Shown piece after piece: positions 37,636 to 45,934 of a stretch of DNA of 64,000 bases. The DNA comes from Podarcis muralis (taxonomy: Eukaryota), in NCBI RefSeq assembly GCF_964188315.1, contig NC_135658.1, positions 50,654,001-50,718,000 of the forward strand. The letters are read 5' to 3'. Below the pieces are notes generated by a model. It was not told the origin of the DNA, ran no database searches, and saw only the letters and a program-made list of their open reading frames with translations. A program made the translations under genes and the position numbers. The first letter of the stretch is position 1. Each line of letters begins with the position of its first letter.

Positions 37636-40078
37636 CATTCAAAAACCCCTAAAAACTCTAAAACCCCCATTTTAAAATACACTATACTACAGAGACCCCT
37701 TATGCTGCGTTTAGAAGCAGAATTGCATTAGCGTAGAAACTGTTTTTAGGCGGCTAGTCCTGGCCTTTATAACCCTATACCTTCTTCCAGAAGGCAGAAG
37801 CTGAAAGAGATCATTTCCGGGGTGCGTACTATCATGTGCTATCTCTGCCGCTTTCTTATGGCACCTGGCAGCATAGATTTCATCTAAGGTGGGAAGAGTG
37901 CACCCAATAATTCTCTCTGCAGTCTTTACAACCCTGGATAGCATTGTTTTTTCCCTGGCCATGCAGCTCCCAAACCACACGCACAGACCATAAGTTAGTA
38001 CGCTCTCCACAGTGCAATGGTAGAATGCCATCAACAGGTCCTTTGAGAGATTGTTTTTCCGGAGGATTCTCAGAAAATATAACCTCTGCTGTGTTCTCTT
38101 CACCAGGTCTTTGCTGTTCTCTCCCCAGGATAGGTCGTCTCTCAACTCCATTCCCAGAAATCGAAACACAGAGACCTGTTCCACGCACTTCCCCTCAATA
38201 ATAAGTGGCTGAATATTCAATTTACATTTCCTAAAGTCCACAATGATCTCTTTTGTTTTCTTTAAGTTAAGCAGTAAGTTGTTTTTCCTGCACCACTCCC
38301 CCAACTGCTCAACTTCCTTCCTATAGGCCGTCTCCCCCTCTCCAGCCGTAATTAAACCAACCACCGTTGTATCATCTGCGAACTTAATGATCTTATTACT
38401 GGGGTATTTGGGGGCACAGTCAACTGTATAGAGCGTATATAAAAGCGGGCTCAACACGCACCCCTGTGGCGTCCCCATATTCATGATGAGATCCGCAGAG
38501 ACGTGGGAACCCAACCTGACCCTTTGGGAACGGTTTGATAGAAAGTCTAATATCCACCTGCACAAACATGGTGGAAGTCCCAGGTCTAATAATTTGGGCA
38601 CCAATCTATGCGGATAATAGTATTAAATTCAGAACTAAAGTCTACAAATAACAGTCTCGCGTAGTCTTGCTTCTCCAAATGAGTCAGGACAGCATGTAAA
38701 GCCATTGCCACAGCATCCTCTGTGGATCTCTTTGCCTTCTACGTAAACTGGTAAGGGTCAAGTCCCACTGGCAGACAAGATAAGATGTGCTTCCTCACCA
38801 GTTTTTCGAAACATTTCATTATAATGGGTGTCAGCGCCATAGGGCCAGAATCATTCAGACTCTATCTTTGATGTTTTTGGCAGGGGTATAATGGTAGCGG
38901 ATTTCAGACAGGGTGGAACAGTGGCTTGGGCCAGAGACTGGTTAAAAATCTTCGTAAAGATTCCTGCCAGTTGGTCCCAACAATCTCTTAGCACCCTGCC
39001 AGCCACCCCATCCGAGCCCAGAGCCTTCCTCGTGTTTACCTCCTTTAATATTCACCTCACTTCTCCCTCTTCCACCCTGGCAGCAATTCCTGTAGGTAGT
39101 GACGCCAATAGCTCTGGCATCCCTGTTGGAGTCACTGTTGGTGTCACCTCAAATCGGGCAAAGAAGGTATTCAACTCTCCCACCAAGGAAGCAGTACTCT
39201 CTACCACTGATGAATTCTTTGATTTATAACCAGTCAGATGTTGGACTCCCTGCCACATTTGTCTAGTATCATGATTTCTCAGATGGTCCTCATTTTTTCC
39301 TCTGTACTCTGCTTTTGCTTTCCTGATACCCCTCTTTAAGTTCGCTCTTTCTATGCCATACAATACCCGGTCCCCAGTTCTAAAAGCAGAATTTCTGGCC
39401 TTCAATAATCCCCTAACCTCTCCTGTCATCCAGGGCTTCCTATTTGGATACAACTTAACATACTTTTCCCTGGTGACATTTGCTGTGCAGAATCTAATAT
39501 AATCCAGGACCGTTGATGTATAAGGTTCTAGATCTTGATAGTCGAAGATATTCCAGTCGGTCTCCTGGAAACAGTCCTGCAGTTGCTGAGAGGCTCCCTC
39601 AGGCCACACCGTAACCATCCGTGTTTGTATCTGGCCTTGTTTCCTGAGGGGTGTGTATACTGGTGTCAGAAGCAGGGACACATGATCTGAACCACCGAGG
39701 TGCGCCAAGGTCTTGACCTCATATGCCCATCTAATGTTCGTATACACCTTGTCAAGAGTATTTTCTCCCCTTGTTGCACACTCAATGTGCTGATGGAATT
39801 TTGGGAGTACTGCCCTCACATCTGTGTGATTGAAGTCCCCCACAATAATGTGCACAGCCTCCGGGTATCTGCTCAATTTAGCATTGATGTTTTCATGCAT
39901 ACTGCTCATGGCCCTGCATGCATTTGCAGTTGGTGCTATGTACACCGCTGTTAACACCACTGTTGTAAATTCCCGGGGAAGATAGAAAGGTCTGCATTTA
40001 ATTGTCAGAAATTCCACATCCGGAGAACAGTAGGTATCCAACTTGACAGAGTCCGTGCACCAGTTTTGATTTACAAAA

Positions 40079-40080
<2 letters not shown>

Positions 40081-40123
<43 letters not shown>
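40081..40123. repeat. (CA)n microsatellite inside the Rex1 endonuclease ORF
   Basis: 43-nt run that reads in frame as (Val-Cys)7. Confidence 0.95.
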
Positions 40124-40126
<3 letters not shown>

Positions 40127-40465
40127 TGTTTCTTGCCAGAATCCTGTGTCCTGTCCCACCGGTACGTTGTAAAACCTTGTAATTCAACAGCTGTGTCTGG
40201 AATAGCTGAATTTAACCATGTCTCTGTGTGTATCAGCACACAACAATCCCGGATGTCTTCCTCCACTCCTACATGAAGCCTCCATTCATCAAGTTTATTT
40301 GCCAATGATCTCACATTAGCGTAAAAGATACTTGGAAGAGGTAGTTTGCATCGTTGTTTCCTTATCTTCCTTATCTTTATTCTCTCTTTCATTTGACCTT
40401 GTCCTCTACAGCCTCTCTTCTGCTTCCGCTCTCTTCTTCTCCTCCTCCTCCTCCTCCTCCTCCAA

Positions 40466-40878
40466 TGTCATGGTATTGACGGAGTACGAAGGGGAGGAGG
40501 AGAGACGAGCAGAGGAAGGGGGGCAGGAAGAGCCAGTGCAGGAAAGGGGGAAAAGCCAGGAGGAGGAAAGGCTCTCAGATGCTGGAGCAGAGCCTCCACC
40601 CCGCACAGGAAGTTCTGGAACGGATAGCGATGCAGTGTCAGTTCCATCTGCTCAGGAACGGAGAGGGTTAAAGCGGAGAGGGCAGAGACGTCAGTTGAGA
40701 ATGCCGCACCTCTTCTGTTGGAAAAGGGGCGGACGTAAATCACTCCGGGAATCTGACTCACAGGATTCGGACGTGTAATTATGTGTGCTGCTTGTACATA
40801 TGTAAAATAAAGACTGTATCTATGTATCTCTGAGTGAGTAGAAGCACTTCTTGTGAAGAGTATTCTCAAGCCATCACA
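40466..40878 (+). repeat. 5' LTR
   Basis: Differs from 45517-45929 at 5 positions (40551, 40622, 40707, 40708, 40735). Confidence 0.97.
40726..40752 (+). promoter_or_regulatory. GC box, Initiator (predicted TSS A40742) and 11-nt self-primer
   Basis: GGGGCGG at 40726-32. TCACTCC matches YYANWYY with A at 40742. ACTCCGGGAAT (40742-52) is the exact reverse complement of 40881-91. Confidence 0.7.
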
Positions 40879-40880
40879 GC

Positions 40881-40891
40881 ATTCCCGGAGT
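40881..40891 (+). other. Primer-binding site (self-priming type, not tRNA)
   Basis: ATTCCCGGAGT starts 2 nt after the LTR. It does not start with TGG and is complementary to the predicted transcript 5' end. Confidence 0.8.
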
Positions 40892-40926
40892 CATCGTTCT
40901 CTTCGCGAGAAGGAAGAAGCGGAGCC

Positions 40927-42003
40927 ATGCAGAATCCATCGAAAGAGAAGAAAGGTACGCCAGAACCACCAAAGGGAGCGGTGGGGGGTACCACAGCAGG
41001 GCTTTCGGTGGAGGCAGTCTGGCAGCAAAATGTTTTACTACAAGCGCAGGTTGAGCAACTTGCCAGTAAACTGGACTTACAAGTGCAATTGTTGGAGGCT
41101 GAGAAAGCAAACAGGGGTAGCAAGATTGTGCCCTTACACCTCAATAAGTTTGATGGGAACAGTCAGAGATACTCCAGCTTCCGCACAGAGGTGCTATACA
41201 CGTTGGAGCTGAGGAAAAATGACTTTAAATCAGACCAAGAAAAAGTAGCGTTTGTGATCGCACATCTCGAGGGGAGTGCGAAAGATTGGGTGATTCCTTT
41301 GATGGCTGGGAATCACGCTGCTCTGAGGAGCGTGAAGGAATTTATAGATATGATGGACGCGGTGTTCCTGAGTACCTTGCATACTAAGGTCACGTCGCAA
41401 CAGCTCCTGAGCTTGAAACAGGGTAGCAGGCCAGTAAGAGTTTACTGGGCTCAGTTTGCTACGTTAATACATCAGCTGCAGTGGGCTATGGACTCTCCTC
41501 TGGTAGAAGCGATCTTCAGAGGGGGTTTGAACGCAGAGGTGCAGGATCAGCTTGCCAGGATGCCAGAACCCTCTAACTTTGATGAACTAGTGAGAATCTG
41601 CCTCCAGATTGGTTTAAGGGAGGAAGCCAGAGAGGCAGAGAGAAAGACTGCAGCCGGAAGAAATTGGCGCGAAAGTCGCATTCCAGAGATTCCAGAGCGC
41701 AAAATTGGCGGAGGGCCCAGAAAGAATGGGGAGGAGCCGATGGAACTGGGAGCTGTGCGCGCCAAAACCACTTCGACCGTTAGCACAATGGCAAAAGAGG
41801 GGAGGAGGGGCTGGAAGGAGACTAGGAAGTGTTTCCTATGCAGCCAGCCTGGACATATTGCCAAAAACTGTCCAAAGCGTCGTGCCTGGGAGTCCTTGTC
41901 AGGCGCAGAAGTGAAGGAGGGTAACGGAGCACAGGAGCAGGACCAGGGAAACGAGACAGCCTGGCTGGAAGAGGAGACCCCCAGCCGGGAAAGGAAGAAC
42001 TAA
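40927..42003 (+). CDS. gag: Gag (358 aa), retrotransposon capsid domain plus CCHC zinc knuckle
   Basis: First ATG after the LTR in GCCATG context. FDG...F, EKVAFVIAHLEGSAKDW, LKQGSRPV..Y...F, FRGGL and CFLCSQPGHIAKNC motifs. Confidence 0.93.
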   Translation: MQNPSKEKKGTPEPPKGAVGGTTAGLSVEAVWQQNVLLQAQVEQLASKLDLQVQLLEAEKANRGSKIVPLHLNKFDGNSQRYSSFRTEVLYTLELRKNDFKSDQEKVAFVIAHLEGSAKDWVIPLMAGNHAALRSVKEFIDMMDAVFLSTLHTKVTSQQLLSLKQGSRPVRVYWAQFATLIHQLQWAMDSPLVEAIFRGGLNAEVQDQLARMPEPSNFDELVRICLQIGLREEAREAERKTAAGRNWRESRIPEIPERKIGGGPRKNGEEPMELGAVRAKTTSTVSTMAKEGRRGWKETRKCFLCSQPGHIAKNCPKRRAWESLSGAEVKEGNGAQEQDQGNETAWLEEETPSRERKN

Positions 42004-42012
42004 GAGGTCTCC
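41946..42012 (+). promoter_or_regulatory. -1 programmed ribosomal frameshift signal (G-GGA-AAC plus H-type pseudoknot)
   Basis: Heptamer in Gag frame at 41946-52, then a 7-nt spacer. Stem 1: 41960-68 / 41981-89. Stem 2: GGAGACC 41973-79 / GGTCTCC 42006-12. The -1 frame is open into the protease. Confidence 0.88.
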
Positions 42013-42587
42013 GAGCCGGCACTCCAGTCCCTGGAATCACTTTGGAAGTGAAACTACAACTCCCAAATGGGCGACATCTGACTGTTCATGCATTAATTGA
42101 CTCTGGTGCATCTGCCGATTTTTTTGACATTGACTTGGCCCTGGAGCAGAGACTGGCATTAATTCCTTTAGATTTTCCCTTACAGGTCCAAACGATCGAT
42201 GGAAGGCCCCTGGTGGCGGGAGATGTCGCGTACCAGACCCCGCCTATGAGAATGGACATGGACCGCCATACTGAGACACTGTCCTTCCATGTGACTAAGC
42301 TGAGTGGACACCCCGTGGTATTGGGGATGAGTTGGTTAGCCAAGCACGACCCTGCCGTAGCTTGGCACCAAAGATCGCTCACGTTTGCTTCGGCCCACTG
42401 TCTTCAGAATTGTTTGGGGAGAAGAAGGGAGGATTCATTGGGAGTCCAGGGAGCTAAAGTGGGAGAGGAAGGGGTTCACACGGGGGAAGTGAACATACCT
42501 CATTACTATGCTGCCTACAAGGACGTGTTTAGTGAGAAGGAGGCAGACAAGCTCCCCCCCCCCACAGGGAGTATGATTGCAAGATAG
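41946..42587 (+). CDS. pol: Pol part 1: aspartic protease (reached by -1 frameshift), ending at a homopolymer frameshift
   Basis: ALIDSGA catalytic motif and PVVLGMSWL. The frame is lost in the C10 run at 42554-63. Confidence 0.88.
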   Translation, partial: GKRDSLAGRGDPQPGKEELRGLRAGTPVPGITLEVKLQLPNGRHLTVHALIDSGASADFFDIDLALEQRLALIPLDFPLQVQTIDGRPLVAGDVAYQTPPMRMDMDRHTETLSFHVTKLSGHPVVLGMSWLAKHDPAVAWHQRSLTFASAHCLQNCLGRRREDSLGVQGAKVGEEGVHTGEVNIPHYYAAYKDVFSEKEADKLPPPTGSMIAR

Positions 42588-45500
42588 ACTTGGTGCCAGG
42601 GGCCACGCTACCCCCTGGGAAGCTTTATTCTATGTCGGAGGCAGAAACGCAAGCTTTGAGGGAGTTTTTGGACGAAAACTTAAAAAGGGGGTTTATCCGA
42701 GAATCCACTGCAGCAGGGGGTTCCCCTGTTTTCTTTGTAAGCAAGAAAAACACGGATAGGCTTCGGCTGGTGTGTGACTTTAGATGGCTGAACAGTGTAA
42801 CGGTACCTATAGCCTACCCATTACCAAAGATTGGGGATTTATTGACGAAGGTCAGGACGGGGAAAATCTTCACGAAGTTGGATCTGAGGGGGGCTTATAA
42901 TCTGATCAGAATCCGAGAGGGGGATGAGTGGAAAACCACATTCTACACCCTATTTGGGTCATATGAGTTCTTAGTCATGCCCTATGGCTTACAGGCGGGA
43001 ACGGCCACATTTCAATCATTTATACAGCACGTGTTGGGGTCACTGCTGTACAAGAACTGTGTTTGTTATTTGGATGATGTACTCATCTTTTCAGAAACTG
43101 AGGAAGAGCATGTGAAGCACGTTACAGAGGTATTAGAGAGGCTGAAAAGGCATAAGTTGTATGCCAAGTTAGAGAAATGCCAATTCCACGTGAGAGAAGT
43201 GGAATTTTTGGGATACCGCCTCTCTACTGAGGGTATACACATGGAAAAGAGTAAGGTGCAAAGTGTGTTAGAATGGAAGCCACCCAAAACGAAAAAAGAT
43301 GTGCAAAGGTTCATAGGCTTCAGTAATTATTATAGAAATTTTATACCTAATTACGCACAAATCACGGCCCCCATAACCGATTGCCTGAGAGGTAAGAAGG
43401 CTTTCCATTGGACTATTGAGGCACAGGCCTCCTTTGAGAAATTAAAGAAGGTGTTTGCCTCAGAAGAATATTTGATACATGTAGAGCCAGGGAAGCCCAT
43501 GAGGGTAGAAACAGATGCCTCTGACAGAGCGGTGGGGGCCATACTATTACAAGAGGATCAAAAAAAGAACTGGAGGCCCTGTGCCTTTTATTCTAGGAAG
43601 CTAAGTCGTACTGAACAGAATTACACAATCTTTGACAAGGAACTTTTGGCTATAGTAGAGTCGTTCCGAGTTTGGAAGCACTTCCTAGCAGGTGCTCAAC
43701 AGCAGGTACAGGTGTATACAGACCACAAAAACCTAGAGTACTGGAGAAGGGCTAGGCTCCTGAATCAGAGACAAGTAAGATGGGCAGAGTTCCTGTCGGG
43801 CTTTAACTTCAAGATAGGGTATGTGCCAGGGGTGCAGAATGCAAGGGCAGATGCGCTATCCAGAAAACCCGAATACATGGAAGGGCAAGAGACTCCCACA
43901 GAGAGATATGTGTTCAAACCGGAACAATGGCAATGTGCGGCCACCATAGTAAGGGAGCAAGAACTGCAAACACTCACAGAAAGGGATGAGTATGCACAAA
44001 GGAAAGTGTTAGAAATAAGGCAAAACGAAGGCAGAGGGGGGAGTTTTGAGGAGAGAGAGGGTTTACTATATTACAAGGGGGTGTTGTATGTACCAGATGG
44101 GGAATTGAGGGCGAGAATTCTTAGACAACATCACGACAACCCGACGGCAGGGCATTTTGGGCGTAATAAAACTATGTATCTGATTACTAAGGAATTCTGG
44201 TGGCCCAAAATTAAGGATGACGTAGCAGAGTACGTCAGGGGCTGCGCAGTGTGCCAAAGGGCAAAGGGAGAAAGGGCCGCGGCTGCAGGCTTGCTCCAAC
44301 CTTTGCCCACACCTGATAGACCCTGGGAGATGGTCTCTATGGATTTTATCACAGACTTGCCGGCGTCTCAGAGAAAGACAGTGATTCTAGTAGTAGTGGA
44401 CATGTTGACAAAAATGGCACATTTCATACCCTGTACCAAAATGCCCTCGGCGCAAGAAACAGCCAAACTGTTTATAGACAATGTGTTCAGGTTGCATGGA
44501 ATAGCTTCAAGATTAATAACAGACAGAGGAAGTCAATTTACTTCACGTTTCTGGAGGAAGTTAATGGAGTTATTGGAGGTAGAAGTAAATTTCACCTCAG
44601 CTAGACATCCTCAAACCAATGGGCAATCAGAGAGAGTGAATGCTATATTGCAGCAATACTTGAGATGTTACGTAAGTCACCAACAAAATGACTGGGCTGA
44701 GAATTTGAGTTTGGCTGAATTTGCATATAATAATGCAGTGCACACCTCTACAGGGGTGTCGCCGTTCATGGCTAATTATGGGAGACACCCCCGAGCATTC
44801 CCTGGGAGGGAAGGAAGGTTGTTAGTGCCTGCAGCAGAAGAGTTTGTAGAGGAAATGGAATTCCTACATAGGATGCTGAAGGAGGACCTAGAAAGAGCAA
44901 AAATAGAATACAAGAGGACAGCGGATGCCAGAAGGAGGGAAGGAGAGAGGATACAAGTGGGAGACAAGGTTTGGTTGTCGTCCAGGGGGTTACCATTTAA
45001 GGGAAGGTGTAAAAAGCTGGAACCCCAGAAGCTGGGACCATTCGAAGTAATAGAACAGTTTAATCCAGTATCCTTCCGGCTCCGCCTACCAGAGAACATG
45101 AAAATACACCCTGTGTTTCACAGATCTTTACTATCACCATACAATCCTGCACACAGGTATCAACAGGAGGCAAGGGAAACTCCTCCATCTCCAACAGTGG
45201 TAGAGAATGGGGTGGAGGAGGAAATTGAAGAAATCTTGGATTCTAGGTGGTATAGAAATAGGTTGCAATACCTGGTGGCGTGGGAGGGTTGTCCAGAAAC
45301 TGAGAACTCCTGGGAACTGGCAGAATCCATTCACGCACCAGAATTGCAAAGGTCTTTCCATACAAGATACCCTCATAAACCTAGGCCACACGATTGGCAA
45401 TTAAGAGAAATTTTTGAGCAAACTGACGAGGAAGAGGGAGATTTCTTTGGTTTTCAATCCTCAGAAGAAAGTGAGAGTGACGTGGAGGAGGAGGAGGATC

Positions 45501-45829
45501 TTAGAAGAGGGGGTGATGTCATGGTATTGACGGAGTACGAAGGGGAGGAGGAGAGACGAGCAGAGGAAGGGGGGCAGGAAGAGCCAGTGCAGGAAAGGGG
45601 GGAAAGCCAGGAGGAGGAAAGGCTCTCAGATGCTGGAGCAGAGCCTCCACCCCGCACAGGAAGTTCTGGAACAGATAGCGATGCAGTGTCAGTTCCATCT
45701 GCTCAGGAACGGAGAGGGTTAAAGCGGAGAGGGCAGAGACGTCAGTTGAGAATGCCGTGCCTCTTCTGTTGGAAAAGGGGCGGACATAAATCACTCCGGG
45801 AATCTGACTCACAGGATTCGGACGTGTAA
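42563..45829 (+). CDS. pol: Pol part 2: RT, RNase H, integrase, chromodomain and LTR-encoded tail
   Basis: HREYDCKIDL, YLDD, TDAS...KELLA...TDH...ADALS, HHCC zinc finger, D-D-E (SMDF, ITDRG, QSER), GPF motif and chromodomain. Stop TAA at 45827-29 lies inside the 3' LTR. Confidence 0.95.
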   Translation, partial: HREYDCKIDLVPGATLPPGKLYSMSEAETQALREFLDENLKRGFIRESTAAGGSPVFFVSKKNTDRLRLVCDFRWLNSVTVPIAYPLPKIGDLLTKVRTGKIFTKLDLRGAYNLIRIREGDEWKTTFYTLFGSYEFLVMPYGLQAGTATFQSFIQHVLGSLLYKNCVCYLDDVLIFSETEEEHVKHVTEVLERLKRHKLYAKLEKCQFHVREVEFLGYRLSTEGIHMEKSKVQSVLEWKPPKTKKDVQRFIGFSNYYRNFIPNYAQITAPITDCLRGKKAFHWTIEAQASFEKLKKVFASEEYLIHVEPGKPMRVETDASDRAVGAILLQEDQKKNWRPCAFYSRKLSRTEQNYTIFDKELLAIVESFRVWKHFLAGAQQQVQVYTDHKNLEYWRRARLLNQRQVRWAEFLSGFNFKIGYVPGVQNARADALSRKPEYMEGQETPTERYVFKPEQWQCAATIVREQELQTLTERDEYAQRKVLEIRQNEGRGGSFEEREGLLYYKGVLYVPDGELRARILRQHHDNPTAGHFGRNKTMYLITKEFWWPKIKDDVAEYVRGCAVCQRAKGERAAAAGLLQPLPTPDRPWEMVSMDFITDLPASQRKTVILVVVDMLTKMAHFIPCTKMPSAQETAKLFIDNVFRLHGIASRLITDRGSQFTSRFWRKLMELLEVEVNFTSARHPQTNGQSERVNAILQQYLRCYVSHQQNDWAENLSLAEFAYNNAVHTSTGVSPFMANYGRHPRAFPGREGRLLVPAAEEFVEEMEFLHRMLKEDLERAKIEYKRTADARRREGERIQVGDKVWLSSRGLPFKGRCKKLEPQKLGPFEVIEQFNPVSFRLRLPENMKIHPVFHRSLLSPYNPAHRYQQEARETPPSPTVVENGVEEEIEEILDSRWYRNRLQYLVAWEGCPETENSWELAESIHAPELQRSFHTRYPHKPRPHDWQLREIFEQTDEEEGDFFGFQSSEESESDVEEEEDLRRGGDVMVLTEYEGEEERRAEEGGQEEPVQERGESQEEERLSDAGAEPPPRTGSSGTDSDAVSVPSAQERRGLKRRGQRRQLRMPCLFCWKRGGHKSLRESDSQDSDV
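45503..45516 (+). other. Polypurine tract
   Basis: AGAAGAGGGGG-TGA immediately before the 3' LTR. Confidence 0.85.
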
Positions 45830-45929
45830 TTATGTGTGCTGCTTGTACATATGTAAAATAAAGACTGTATCTATGTATCTCTGAGTGAGTAGAAGCACTT
45901 CTTGTGAAGAGTATTCTCAAGCCATCACA
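45517..45929 (+). repeat. 3' LTR
   Basis: 413-bp direct repeat of 40466-40878. Confidence 0.97.
45857..45862 (+). terminator. Polyadenylation signal AATAAA of the retrotransposon
   Basis: AATAAA 28 nt after the pol stop. Same site at 40806-11 in the 5' LTR. Confidence 0.7.
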
Positions 45930-45934
45930 TCCAA

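Larger units (their letters stand above)
37484..40465 (-). mobile_element. Rex1/Babar LINE, main body (APE, RT and 3' UTR), decayed
   Basis: APE motifs LPSIFYANVRSL, TETWL, VGDFNH, GGSDH. RT motifs GTPQGCVLSPLLY, KFADDTTVVGLI. Stop at 39052-54, a second stop near 38741, and frameshifts near 38860 and 38612. 3' end CAATAAAGATATTGTATATTGTATA. Confidence 0.9.
40466..45929 (+). mobile_element. Full-length Ty3/Gypsy chromovirus (Tf1/sushi group) LTR retrotransposon
   Basis: TG...CA LTRs of 413 bp each. 5-bp TSD TCCAA (40461-65, 45930-34). Domain order gag-PR-RT-RH-IN-chromodomain. Confidence 0.97.

Noticed and set aside
40468-40869. 133-aa antisense ORF spanning each LTR (also 45519-45920), reminiscent of HTLV HBZ
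   Set aside because: Starts at TTG, not ATG. The minus strand is C/T-rich and stop-poor simply because the plus strand is purine-rich and coding. The product is low complexity.
40834-40926. N-terminal extension of Gag shown in the ORF track
   Set aside because: Begins at GTG inside U5 and overlaps the priming structure. The first ATG, in good context, is 40927.
45755-45790. C-L-F-C...H in the LTR-encoded tail looking like a zinc knuckle
   Set aside because: The first Cys and the His come from CpG deamination. Comparing the two LTRs implies ancestral Arg at both positions.
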